Part shown: one piece after another, positions 51,033 through 64,000 of the stretch
How positions within the stretch are numbered: the first letter of the stretch is position 1
Layout of the letters: the number at the start of each line of letters is the position of its first letter
Origin: Lingula anatina
Lineage: Eukaryota > Animalia > Brachiopoda
DNA: 64,000 nucleotides
Reading direction: 5' to 3'
Assembly (NCBI GenBank): GCA_051362555.1
Contig: CM120644.1
Location: forward strand, 12,918,567-12,982,566
Notes under the pieces: model-generated
What the model was told of the DNA's origin: nothing
The model's database searches: none
The model's input: the letters and a program-made list of their open reading frames with translations, nothing else
Translations under genes and position numbers: made by a program

Positions 51033-52002
51033 CGTGAAAAGTCGCTAATTCATGCAGCAATCTTTAAGCAGCAGTCTTGATTTAAACTGACAAAGTTTTC
51101 AAATCAAGATAGGTAAACAAGGTGAGCAACCGACAAAAACAACAATAAAAGTAATTAATTGTGTTTATGTAGAAAATTATTTATTTCTAGTGGTGGTAAT
51201 AATTTTGTTTGTTTATATATGAACGTTGTGTTTATAGGAAAAAAGTCTTAGTTTGGGGCTTGTGTCTGCACATTTTGACCTTTCGGTAGTTGATGGTGAC
51301 AAGGTACGGTAATAACAGATGTCCAAGTATTGCAATGTCTCAGCTGTTATGTACCTAGACACACACATTGAGTAGTTATGATCAGTGATTTCTATCATGC
51401 TTCATACATCAGTAAGAAGTCATTCAGCTTTTTAGCTGCAGAGATATTTACTCGCATTTTCTGTAGTTTTTCTGTAGTTTTTCTATAGTATTCCTTTTTG
51501 CCCTATTCTGAGCATTTATTTTACTTTTGTGCTAACATTTGTTGTTTGACATATTTTTATAATGTTGTCAATTTTTTAACGTTGGTTGTATTCATTCACC
51601 TAAACTTTAGTAATTATATGTTACCGTAATTTTTATATTAGAATGGGGATGTACCGTATGATATCCCTCAATTACACACACTGGACAAAAGAAGTTTCAG
51701 CCCTACTGAACCAATACTATGGGGGAGATAAATGACTGTGGAATGATATGCTCCTGGTTTTCTATACCGAGACCAGAATTTTGATGCTTTATACCCCACT
51801 TATACATGTACTATGGGTTAACTTGACTAGATGCTCGAATAAGATCGAACAGTTTATTTCACTGTTTATAAGGCCTTTAATAATAAGTTGATGATCATTC
51901 GTTTCTATAATTGCACATTACATAGAATATCTCCTCGTCCATTTCTAATAACGACTCTCTTCTTATTTCTGCTTTTTTCAAATAATTCGCAATTTTTCTT
52001 AA

Positions 52003-53041
52003 CCCTCAAGTGACCGAGTGGGGTCATTAACGACCCCAGCCATATGTTTTAATGTGCCATCTCTTTATTTTTTATTCGAATTTTTTTTCCTTGCATGAGT
52101 TTGTCACTCTACTAATCCTACACACTTTCACAGTTTTTTGTAGGGATCAACCAATTAGTGTGGCGTATACATCACAAAATCTTGTGGGGTCATTTATGAC
52201 CCCAAGGAGAAGCATTGGTTTTTAAATATTAATTTTTTAAAATTTTATTCAAATGTTCTGCCCACGCAACACTGACAGGAAAATGTCACATGCATGTGCT
52301 TCATGCAAACAGCCAGTGTGCCCAAAACATAGGCACAAATAAGTGGTTTGTGAAGATTGTGCTTGAAGTGTTGCTAATAATGCATCGCTCAATCTAATTT
52401 CAGTAACTTTGTTGGAACTTGATCTCATAACTGGGTCTCTCATTTTGACGGTTATATTTTCGGGTACTTCAGGAATCTAAAGAATTCTGTCGATATCTTA
52501 TTACACATATATTAACAAATTGTTTGTGTGGATTTTGTTTTATACACAGATGTGGTAGTAAGATACATGTAGGTTGTTTGAATGTGTTCTGTGTAGTATG
52601 ACTTCCTAACCAGCATTAGGGTATTCCCTACTTAGCAAGTCAGCTAATTATTCTTATTGAAGTTAGCAGGATGCTATCTCAACATAGGTCAAAATATTTT
52701 TACTCAAACTAATTTGTAATGTACATGTACTTTCTTCATTTACTGTGGCAAATAAAAAGAGAAATATTTCTGCAAGTGGAAACTGACAAGGACTGTCTAA
52801 ATACCGTATAATGTTTTTCTTAAAATGTGTGCTTGGTTATTTAAAGCAATATAAGTATTATTACCAAAAACTTTTTACATTAGATCATTATAAAATACTT
52901 GTCTTAAATCCTGGGAGTAGTATAGGTGTGATAAACCCTCAACAGCCTTTTATAATAAGGATCCCTGTACAGAGCACAATGGGGTCATAGATTACCCCAC
53001 ATGGTCATTTCAGTCAGTAAAATAGCTTGGTCTCTTGAGGG
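52003..53041 (+). mobile_element. Non-autonomous piggyBac element
   Basis: TTAA TSD; TIR CCCTCAAG(T/A)GACC; remnant of the C-terminal Cys-rich domain CPRNTDRKMSHACASCKQPVCPKH at ~52258-52330; empty TTAA site near 21472. Confidence 0.92.
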
Positions 53042-53369
53042 TTAAAACTGTAATATATTTTTTTTATTTCACCAATATGATTAATATTTCCTGTGAACCC
53101 AATTCCCAATTACAAATATCCGAGAAGAAATTATGTCCTAGGTCGCTATATAGAGGACATTCTAACAAGAAGTGCCTTTCGCACTCGAGTACTTCCCAAT
53201 TACAATACTGACACATTTTCTAATCCCGAAACTTATTACTATGTCTACCTTTTTCTATTTCAAGTTGATGATTTGAACATCTAAATCGTGTTAAAACTGA
53301 TATACAACTAGCTTTATCAAATACTGTAATGTATGGCTCACTAATGAGGTCATGCTTAAATAAGTTATA

Positions 53370-54501
53370 CAACATTGGTCAAAAAGGTTGTCCCACCCCA
53401 ATTTCCATGTACTTTTATTTACAAATGATCACCTCACCTGGGATATTGTCCCATTCTTCTTAAACAAGTTAGGGGAGTTGGTCAACGTTTTTATTGGGTT
53501 GGTTCTCCTTTGCATTGCACACTCCAATTCATGTCACAGTTGATTAGTAAGTTTAATATCAGGGCTCAAAGTGTGCAGTCATGATAAAGCCTGGAGTTAA
53601 CCCCAAAGTTAGTTCTTGAAGATGGAATGAGATATCAACTGAGAATGCTACGTTCAGAGATCCCACAGGCACCTGAACCTGGAAGGAAGTCGGTTTTGTT
53701 AGATCAGTCCGTATTTGGAGAACATTCCAAGCCCATGGTATTAGTACATTGTTCCTTTTGGAACAAAACGTAACAGGGGCATTTTAATGTAACATTCTCA
53801 ACAGAAATCTCACTCCATTTGCAAGAAGTGACTTCAGGGATGCTACTGGCTTCATTGTGACAAAGCACTTGCTCACAGATCTCGTCTGGTAAGCAATTTG
53901 TTGCAGAAACACAGGGCTCTGAGGATGGGACAACCGTCTTTGAGCCCTGATATTAATCCTACTGAGCATCTGTGGCATGAATTGGAATGTGCATTGCAGA
54001 GGGGAACCAATTCCCAAATAATTTTGACCAATTTCGCCACGCTCTTTAGGATGAATGGGACAATATCCCACATAACAGAATCGTTACCCGCGTTGAAGGC
54101 TAGTCGCGCCGTCTACAGGAGATAATTGCAGTACGTGGTAGACGCACACACAGTTAGGCACGCGACCTTTAACGAGCACACCCTAATGCTAATTGTGTGT
54201 GAATTTGATGACATTTGATGGCCTCTTTTTAATTCTTAAATTATTAAAATAGACATTTCTTTACATCTGTAGAAGTCACAGTGAAACAGTGGATTTGAGG
54301 GGGTACCTCTTATACATTTTACTAAATGGTACAAAATATGTATATTTTCACCACTATTTTGTATTTTTTAACCACTAATCATGTTAGACACGGTATGTGT
54401 AATAAAAAACACTATTTCTAACAATTTGCAACTGTGAGGTGATCATTTGTAAATAAAAGTAGATGGAAATGGGGGTGGGACAACCTTTTTGACCAATGTT
54501 G
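53370..54501 (+). mobile_element. Internally deleted and rearranged Tc1-family element
   Basis: TA TSD; TIRs CAACATTGGTCAAAAAGGTTGTCCCACCCC; SLSPDINPTEHLWHEL motif; only the left TIR survives at the paralogous site 21803-21848. Confidence 0.9.
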
Positions 54502-55670
54502 TATACATCTAGTTTCATACAATAAGAAATTTCGTTACACCACGATTGGAAGTCATATCTATACTCTTTTGATGAAATTCCTCAACTCCTTGATTAATCC
54601 AGACTATTCCAAAACCATGCCAAAACCATAGAACAGTTTCTTTACTTGTATTGCCGAGCAATCCTTATCGTTTTGTACCATATTTTGCTGCCCCACGTAA
54701 CACGCTTTAATAAACCTATTTTCAGGTGTTTTCATAAGCTTGGTCCAGTACTTAATAAATTTCACCAAGTGCACAACCCTTACAGTGTTTCTTACAAATT
54801 TATCCCTTGCCGCTACGTCAGACACATTTGTCAGACACAAAATTTGCGGAATTTGTCTGTACAAATTTCCCATGTTGCTCAGGATGGAATGCCGATGCTT
54901 CTGTCCCATAGTTAAAATAGGACCTATCCTTGTATGAAAAACTTTAAGCCAGCAATTTTTCCAAATTTACTCACATGGATTTTTCAGGACAAATAATGTC
55001 TTAAATACTTGTTCAACTAATTTCTTTTGTTCCTCATTTCAACCTCCTATGGGTGTAGATGACATACCCAGACCTGTAATTGTAATTGATCTGTTTGCAC
55101 CCCTGATGAGGCTGCTAGGGGGTAATTATCGTTTAGCAGCTTCAGTAGGCGTGCCATACATCTAAGTCGCTTAAGCTAAAAGCAATTAAGCGAGAAACTC
55201 ATCGGAGATGGATCGATCCTGTTAGATCCATCTAGGTGTGAAAACCCAGCCTTAAGCATATTTCATTTTTTGGACTGCCAGTCAAATTTTTCATGGTCTG
55301 TTTGCTGCTCAGGTGGAATCGTGTGTGAAAAGATGAATTTATGAATAGTTGGTTACGACAAATTCGCAGCGAATTTGCAGCAAATATTGCTGCAAACTTT
55401 ACATTTTGCTAAGGGGAAGCACAAGTATAATTACAACCATGTTTTTGAATCGACAGCCTCGGAAAATAGATTCAATTTAGAATAAGGCTTATTGTGCACA
55501 GTTATCAATTGAATGAGGGAAATGAAAAGTAAATTCATTACAATCTGCAAGAGTTATCGGTTGCCGCATTGAATCAAATATCTCCTTTTTTTAACAATTT
55601 TACACTTGTGGTCGTATATTTTGCAAATATAAGCATATTCATGAATGAGGGAAATATTGTAATTTTCGAA

Positions 55671-55703
<33 letters not shown>

Positions 55704-56162
55704 AGGCCCTCTTGTGTGTGTGGAAGGCCCTCTTCTGATGTGAAGAAATATTTCATATATTCTGTTCAGTCGTATTCATTTCGTATTCAGTCGTATTTCG
55801 TCATACCTTTTGCAAGTACAAGCAATATCATGGATGAAAGAAATACTGTAATGTCTGAGAGAGAAAGAGAGAGAGAGAGAATTGTGTGGGAAGGCCCGGT
55901 TCTAATGTTGAAGAAATACAATGTATTTCATATATTCAACTATACCAGTCGTATTCCATTTGATACTTACACAGCCCATCACTGCAAGTCCACATACCGT
56001 GAGTGATAAAATAATTCATGAAAATAAATTTGCACAGCCTTAGTTATTCATCTGCTAGGCTAGTTGTACTCCTTTCTTTTAAACTAAGGTTGTCACTTCT
56101 TTTCCATTGTTTTAAAACTATAATTTCCACCATCACTCAGTTGCTCTGGAATTGCTGAAGAC

Positions 56163-56641
56163 TTAGCAATGTGGATATATGCCCGATAATAGATTTTTGA
56201 AATCATTTTTGCAAACTTCTAAACGTGAACGCTTACATTTGCCGAGTGTCGAGATTGCTTGACGGAAAAGCAACACCTCACGATTGAAATCCGACCCTTG
56301 CAACATAAGAGTGTTTTGTAACTTTGTCAGGAAGTGGTTATATAACTGATAATCAGCTTTGCTCCATTGCCTATGTTTCTTTTCAGTAATTTCGTCTTTC
56401 ACATTTTTATATTCATATTCCCGTTTGTTAGTAACCACATATAAGACGTCGTCCATTCCCCAGCACAGCAAGCGGCGTAGTAGCACCAAGCTTTCATCAA
56501 ACATTTCCAAGACGATTACAAAATCGAACTTCTTGTCCAAGAAATCAATGTACTCGGCAATGAATCTGTCGTTGTTCCTAAGATCATTTCTATCGTCTGG
56601 GAACCCAAACTCACAGTGAGTAAAAATATCCGAACTGACAT
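56163..56641 (-). pseudogene. GAL3ST-family pseudogene, copy E (internal deletion)
   Basis: ATG at 56641 and the first 10 codons are fused out of frame at ~56612 to the 3' part of exon 2; both PAPS-binding motifs, the intron and the TATA box are missing. Confidence 0.88.
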
Positions 56642-56674
56642 GGCCAAGATCGACAGAAGTAGTACAAGTGCTAG

Positions 56675-57203
56675 TGTTGTAAAGCAAATTACTTACACTT
56701 TCACTAATTACAGATAGCAATTAAAGCGGAATCAAAAGAGTAAAAAGACAAAGAGTTATTGAGTGTAAGTTAAGTTTCTCCAAGAGTCAACAAGTGTAGA
56801 ACATGTTTTTAGTGTCAGAAAAAGATGGAAAAGGTCAAAGTCAGTAACAGTTAATGTGATTGGTTAATTTCATAACATATTTTAATTTTGATCATCTATT
56901 TATCACATGATAACTGAGTTTTGGATAAGGTCCAAGTATGAGTAATCCAAATAATATTTTAGATATCTTTAATTGAAACAAGTATCTAAGGGATTACCTA
57001 ATGAGGAAATGTTGCATGGTGACTTGCAATATGCGAATGGAAAATATTTTGTAATCACGCAAAGACAATGGAAAAGAAAACAAGTAAGTGCGTGATCAGT
57101 ACGGAGAAATTGATTATAAATATTTGTGAAGTTGTATGAAGAGAGAGTCGGTGAATAAACGTTCGAAAGCTCCAAACTGCTGTCGTCATTCCTCACTATA
57201 ACA
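56675..57203 (+). mobile_element. Solo LTR (529 bp)
   Basis: TGTTGTA...TATAACA termini, 4-bp CTAG TSD, internal TATAAA (~57115) and AATAAA (~57154). Confidence 0.75.
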
Positions 57204-58821
57204 CTAGCAAGGCTAATAAATATACTATCTCCTTTATGTAGTCTTTATAATGCCGTGGTGTGCTGTGCTGTGCCACTTTTTCCAACACGGGTATTCAATT
57301 ATATATCAATCTCAATGCGGGTGTTTTATATGGCATAATAAAATGACAGCGCTCTCTACAAGAAAAAGCAGTAGATATTTACTGCAATCACTGTAACCAT
57401 GTCTCAAATCTGCTCCGATTAAAGGTGTGGATGAGATGTATGTTTACTCCCCAGAGGTAGCATTCTACTGTTACCATACTTCAAAAAAGTTCACCAGAAT
57501 TGTTATCTGGCAGACAGGATGTGGACGATGTTCTTCATGCCCTCACTTGTCATTTCACGTTGTAAACGGTGAATGTGGTCTCACCAGAATATATAAAATG
57601 GCACCATTGCTGAAGTAAGCTCCATGGCATGGCTCTTGCAGCCCATTTAACTTTTTTTCGTATGTTTACCAAGATGATGAGCGGTTTCTACCTGGCAAAC
57701 CGTGGTGTGAATATCTGAAGCAAGGAACCTTCTTTGGACAGACCTTCAAACTGCAAATTGTTCAATTAGAGCAAAGCTAAGTCGCTCCACGGTTCAAATT
57801 CTCTAAGTCTTGACAGCATAAAAGCACGCATGCCGTCTCTGACAATGGTCGTTTTTTGGCCACTTTGGAGTGACTAATGGGCATCGACAGTGACCCCATT
57901 TTTCTGCAACCAAACTCACAATAACTTGCTGCTATCTGGGGGACACCCACACCCTCCTCCCACAGAGAAACTATTTCTTTTCTTTGTTCATTTGTGAGAT
58001 CCCGTACCCTTGCCATGGAAGCACCTTGACAGTCATGAGGGGGTTACACAAACTATAATGCACATGGTTCAAAATTCACCACGACAGCAATTAATTATAA
58101 CATTTTACCATAAACTCTGCAAACAGCAAATAACTGTTAAGGCCAGTAATAATATGTATAAATTTCACCAAGTGCACAACCCTTACAGTGTTTCTTACAA
58201 GTTTATCCCTTGCCGCTACGTCAGACACATTTTTCGCAATTGCAATCAAAATTTGCGGAATTTAGTCTGTACAATTTTTCCATGTTGCCCAGGATGGAAA
58301 GCCGATGCTTTTGCCCCATATTTAAAATAGGAACTATCCTTGTATGAAAAATTTTAGCCAGCAATTTCCCAAATTTACTCACATGTATTTTTTAGGACAA
58401 ATAATGCCTTGAATACTTGTTCAGCTAATTTCTTTTGTTCCTCATTCCAAACCCCCTATAGTTGTAGATGACATACCCAGACCTGTAATTGTAATTGATC
58501 TGTTTGCACCCCTGATGAGGCTGCTAGGGGGTAATTATCGTTTAGCAGCTTCAATAGTTGTGCCATACATCTAAGCCTGTACCAGTCGTATTCCATTTGA
58601 TACTTACGGTGAATTTCACAGCTTTGGCCAGCGCCCGTCACTGCAAGTCCACATACCGTGAGTGATAAAATAATTCATGAAAATAAATTTGCACATCTTT
58701 AATTATTCATTTGCTAGGCTAGTTGTACTCCTTTCTTTTAAACTAAGGTTGTCACTTCTTTTCCATTATTTTAAAACTATAATTTCCACCATCATTCAGT
58801 TGCTCTGGAATTGCTGAAGAC

Positions 58822-61088
58822 TTAGCAATGTGGATATATGCCCGATAATAGATTTTTGAAATCATTTTTGCAAACTTCTAAACGTGAACGCTTACATTTG
58901 CCGAGTGCCGAGATTGCTTGACGGAAAAGCAACACCTCACGATTGAAATCCGACCCTTGCAACATAAGAGTGTTTTGTAACTTTGTCAGGAAGTGGTTAT
59001 ATAGCTGATAATCAGCTTTGCTCCATTGCCTATGTTTCTTTACAGTAATTAGGTCTTTCACATTTTTATATTCGTATTACTGTTTGTTAGTAACAACATA
59101 TAAGACGTCGTCCATGCCCCAGCACAGCAAGCGGCGTAGTAGCACCAAGCTTTCATCCAACATTTCCAAGACGATTACAAAATCGAACTTCTTGTCCAAG
59201 AAATCAATGTACTCGGCAATGAATCTGTCGTTGTTCCTAAGATCATTTCTATCGTCTGGGAACCCAAACGCATACATCATGGCGTTTCTCAAGAATCCTA
59301 CACGGGTTGTGACATAGGCGTCGGTCCAATACTTGTATGGATTTTCCATAAATTTTACGACCGGGTTCGTGGTGTTTGTTAAATTGAATTTACTTGAAAT
59401 ACGAAAAAAATTGAACGCGCTTTTAAACTGAGAAAATGGTTCGCGAACTATACCAATATAAAACGTATCATTCGGCATCATGGTTTCTATTACTCTTGAG
59501 TCAAAAATCATGTGATTGAAAATTATATCATAGGTTACATTCGGGTTATAGTTGGCGTCGTAAACGGTTATTTTCCTACGGGTCATATTGAACATAGATT
59601 TCCATGGGTAAAACATGTTGTTTTTCTTCGGAGAAAGACGTTTTAACTTATATTTAAGAGTAGCCTGTTCGAAAATTTTCCTCATTGTAGTTGAGCCGCA
59701 TTTGTGCACTTTTAGAAACATGATGTGTCGGGTTGGCTGGCATTGTCCCTTTGGTAGGCATTTTATGGGAGGTACGTTGTAGGCAGACTGCAACAATGAA
59801 TCTTGAATGTTCCTATTTATCCCTGAAAGGAAAAAAAAAATAAATAGATAAATAAATAAATAAATAAACTATTGTGCGTTACTGAATACTTCAAGTCACA
59901 TATCAAAATTATATTTATACTCCGACTTCACGGTTTGTATTAATTATTATTAAATAAATAAATAACTGAAAAAATTAAATAAATAAATAGTTGAAAAATA
60001 AAGAAATGTATATCACTAAGTTGTATTTATACGTCGACTATACACACGAACTGATCAAGGATTATTTTAAGGGCCGCGGATGCAAAGTCGACCCCCCCCC
60101 CCCCCCCACTTGGCGTGGGGTTCGGGACCAGAAATTTTTTGGTATTTTAGAGGGCGAACGGTGCCAATAGGTAGGGTTTAGAACTATGATTTAGCTAGTT
60201 CAACTTCTAATTTCAAGCTGGCTCCAAACGACATTTTCTCATCCAGAATGGAGTCTCAATTTGATATTCAACAGACGTAAAGTACGCCACCAGGTTGGTG
60301 CAAAAAACGAGGCATAAATATCATACGGCTTATATCTTTCCCTGAAACTGACAGGTAACTATGTATACTCCAAAGGTACACAACATGAATACCAGAATAG
60401 ATTAAATCAATCAAACTACATAATTTTCGCTCTTTGAATGATTTTTTTCGTAATCATTACAGACAAAACTTCAATGTTTTTTACACTTGTGACATATGTA
60501 CAACACAGCGCACGACACATTTATAAGGTGCACTGCTACATTAGTAAGATCGGGTGGAGTTTTAACGAAATTAACGATTTTCCAACGCTACAAAATACAT
60601 GTGTCTTCTGAAGACTTCAGATAAGTTTGACATTCACTAGGGTTATCAATGAAATATCAAAACAGATTAGATTTTTAAATAATAAAACTGGGTACAGCTT
60701 TGGATTAATACCTTTTGTAAAGTGTATTGCTCCATAAGTAAAATTGGGTTTGACGAAAGTAAATGAAATAAACGTTTTTCCAACGCTACAAAATACATGT
60801 CTTCAGATAGGTTTGACATTCACCAGTGTCATCAATGGAATATCAAAAGTGATTAGATTCAATCACGTTTGATATGATAACAGTCAAAATAAGACTGGCA
60901 GTTTAATTTAAAAATGAATGCACGAGCCAAGAAAATTGAATCGCCTTACCCATAAAGTCACTTTGAAGTGGAGGTGGTGGCAATGGATTAGAAGGCAATG
61001 TATGGATTCTCAAAAGACGTGGAAACAAATATACAGCTGAACATAGGAAGCAAAACATCACAGTGAGTAAAAATATCCGCACTGACAT
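58822..61088 (-). pseudogene. GAL3ST-family copy F with nonsense mutation
   Basis: Exon 1 61088-60950, exon 2 59822-58822; GAA>TAA at 59079-59077 removes ~85 C-terminal residues; otherwise almost identical to copy G. Confidence 0.82.
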
Positions 61089-62813
61089 GGCCAGGATCGA
61101 CAGAAGTAGTACAAGTGCATTTGATCACACAAATTGCAGCCTTCAAGTCCAGAGCCAGCCTTTATAAACCCATTAGAATCCTGTTTTAACGTATCTGTAC
61201 AGCAATGGCAAGGCTAATTAATATAATATCTCCTTTATGCAGTCTTTATAATGTCGTGCCGTGCTGTGCTGTGACACTTTTTCCAACATGGGTATTCAAT
61301 TATACATCAATCTCAATGCGGGTGTTTTATATGGCATGATAAATTGACAGTGCTCTCCACAAGAAAAAGCAGTAGATATTTACTGCAATCACTGTAACCA
61401 TGTCTCAAATCTGCTCCGATTTCATTTGTGGATTAGATGTATGTTTACTCCCCAGAGGTAGCATTCTGCTGTTACCATACAATTCAGCAGAATTGTTATC
61501 TGACAGACAGGATGTGGACGATGTTCTTCATGCCCTCACTTGTCATTTCATGTTGTAAACGGTGAATGTGGTCTCGCCAGAATATATAAAATGGCACCAG
61601 TGCTGAAGTAAGCTCCATGGCATGGCTCTTGCAGCCCATTTAACTTTTTTTCGTATGTTTACCAAGGTGATGAGTGGTTTCTACTTGGCAACCGTGGTGT
61701 GAATTTCTGAAGCAAGGAACCTTCTTTGGACAGACCTTCAAACTGCAAATTGTTCAATTACAGCAAAGCTAAGTCGCTCCACGGTTCAAATTCTCTAAGT
61801 CTTGACAGCATAAAAGCACGCATGCCGTCTCTGACAATGGTCGTTTTTTGGCCACTTTGGAGTGACTAATGGGCATCGACAGTGACCCCATTTTTCTGCA
61901 ACCAAACTCACAATAACTTGCTGCTATCTGGGGGACACCCACACCCTCCTCCCACAGAGAAACTATTTCTTTTCTTTGTTCATTTGTGAGATCCCGTACC
62001 CTTGCCATGGAAGCACCTTGACAGTCATGAGGGGGTTACACAAACTATAATGCACATGGTTCAAAATTCACCACGACAGCAATTAATTATAACATTTTAC
62101 CATAAACTCTGCAAACAGCAAATAACTGTTAAGGCCAGTAATAATATGTATAAATTTCACCAAGTGCACAACCCTTACAGTGTTTCTTACAAGTTTATCC
62201 CTTGCCGCTACGTCAGACACATTTTTCGCAATTGCAATCAAAATTTGCGGAATTTAGTCTGTACAATTTTTCCATGTTGCCCAGGATGGAATGCCGATGC
62301 TTTTGCCCCATATTTAAAATAGGAACTATCCTTGTATGAAAAATTTTAGCCAGCAATTTCCCAAATTTACTCACATGTATTTTTTAGGACAAATAATGCC
62401 TTGAATACTTGTTCAGCTAATTTCTTTTGTTCCTCATTCCAAACCCCCTATAGTTGTAGATGACATACCCAGACCTGTAATTGTAATTGATCTGTTTGCA
62501 CCCCTGATGAGGCTGCTAGGGGGTAATTATCGTTTAGCAGCTTCAATAGTTGTGCCATACATCTAAGCCTGTACCAGTCGTATTCCATTTGATACTTACG
62601 GTGAATTTCACAGCTTTGGCCAGCGCCCGTCACTGCAAGTCCACATACCGTGAGTGATAAAATAATTCATGAAAATAAATTTGCACATCTTTAATTATTC
62701 ATTTGCTAGGCTAGTTGTACTCCTTTCTTTTAAACTAAGGTTGTCACTTCTTTTCCATTATTTTAAAACTATAATTTCCACCATCATTCAGTTGCTCTGG
62801 AATTGCTGAAGAC

Positions 62814-63814
62814 TTAGCAATGTGGATATATGAACGATAATAGATTTTTGAAATCATTTTTGCAAACTTCTAAACGTGAACGCTTACATTTGCCGATTGC
62901 CGAGATTGCTTGACGGAAAAGCAACACCTCACGATTGAAATCCGACCCTTGCAACATAAGAGTGTTTTGTAACTTTGTCAGGAAGTGGTTATATAACTGA
63001 TAATCAGCTTTGCTCCATTGCCTATGTTTCTTTACAGTAATTACGTCTTTCACATTTTTATATTCGTATTCCTGTTTGTTAGTAACAACATATAAGACGT
63101 CGTCCATGCCCCAGCACAGCAAGCGGCGTAGTAGCACCAAGCTTTCATCCAACATTTCCAAGACGATTACAAAATCGAACTTCTTGTCCAAGAAATCAAT
63201 GTACTCGGCAATGAATCTGTCGTTGTTCCTAAGATCATTTCTATCGTCTGGGAACCCAAACGCATACATCATGGCGTTTCTCAAGAAGCCTACACGGGTT
63301 GTGACATAGGCGTCGGTCCAATACTTGTATGGATTTTCCATAAATTTTACGACCGGGTTCGTGGTGTTTGTTAAATTGAATTTACTTGAAATACGAAAAA
63401 AATTGAACGCGCTTTTAAACTGAGAAAATGGTTCGCGAACTATACCAATATAAAACGTATCATTCGGCATCATGGTTTCTATTACTCTTGAGTCAAAAAT
63501 CATGTGATTGAAAATTATATCATAGGTTACATTCGGGTTATAGTTGGCGTCGTTAACGGTTATTTTCCTACGGGTCATATTGAACATAGATTTCCATGGG
63601 TAAAACATGTTGTTTTTCTTCGGAGAAAGACGTTTTAACTTATATTTAAGAGTAGCCTGTTCTAAAATTTTCCTCATTGTAGTTGAGCCGCATTTGTGCA
63701 CTTTTAGAAACATGATGTGTCGGGTTGGCTGGCATTGTCCCTTTGGTAGGCATTTTATGGGAGGTACGTTGTAGGCAGACTGCAACAATGAATCTTGAAT
63801 GTTCCTATTTATCC
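62814..63814 (-). CDS. GAL3ST-family sulfotransferase, copy G (catalytic exon; exon 1 beyond window end)
   Basis: 1001-nt open exon after a TTTCAG acceptor, same motifs as A-C. Confidence 0.87.
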
Positions 63815-64000
63815 CTGAAAGGAAAAAAAATAAATAGATAAATAAATAAATAAATAAACTATTGTGCGTTACTGAATACTTCAAGTCACATATCAAAATT
63901 ATATTTATACTCCGACTTCACGGTTTGTATTAATTATTATTAAATAAATAAATAACTGAAAAAATTAAAATAAATAAATAGTTGAAAAATAAAGAAATGT

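Larger units (their letters stand above)
57210..64000. repeat. Recent ~3992-bp tandem duplication (units carrying copies F and G)
   Basis: Homologous ORFs offset by exactly 3992 nt (57777/61769, 58010/62002, 58822/62814) with very few differences. Confidence 0.92.

Noticed and set aside
56163-56720. 185-aa ORF as an intact short sulfotransferase
   Set aside because: It starts inside the solo LTR at a non-ATG codon, crosses the deletion junction and lacks both PAPS-binding motifs.

Overview
AT-rich, repeat-dense eukaryotic DNA with GT-AG introns, microsatellites and animal-type transposons; it looks like an invertebrate, but the species cannot be determined from the sequence. Two tandem gene arrays meet tail-to-tail. 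(1) 0.9-16 kb, + strand: five copies of a 3-exon gene for a ~203-aa EF-hand protein with the sarcoplasmic calcium-binding protein (SCP)/photoprotein/coelenterazine-binding-protein layout. Unusually for that family, it has an N-terminal signal peptide on its own exon. Three copies are intact, one has a late nonsense codon and one is a fragment. (2) 17.6-64 kb, - strand: seven copies of a 2-exon Golgi type II galactose-3-O-sulfotransferase (GAL3ST)-family gene. Three are complete and intact, one has an intact catalytic exon with exon 1 beyond the window, and three are pseudogenes. The spacers hold many transposons whose ends and target-site duplications (TSDs) can be read from empty sites in paralogous units: Tc1, piggyBac, Harbinger-like, CCC-ended EnSpm-like, RTE and other LINEs, a solo LTR and a Helentron-type element. 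A 183-bp insertion forms a 53-bp hairpin around a hammerhead-ribozyme-like core. All gene models, alignments and family assignments were made by eye; no searches were run.
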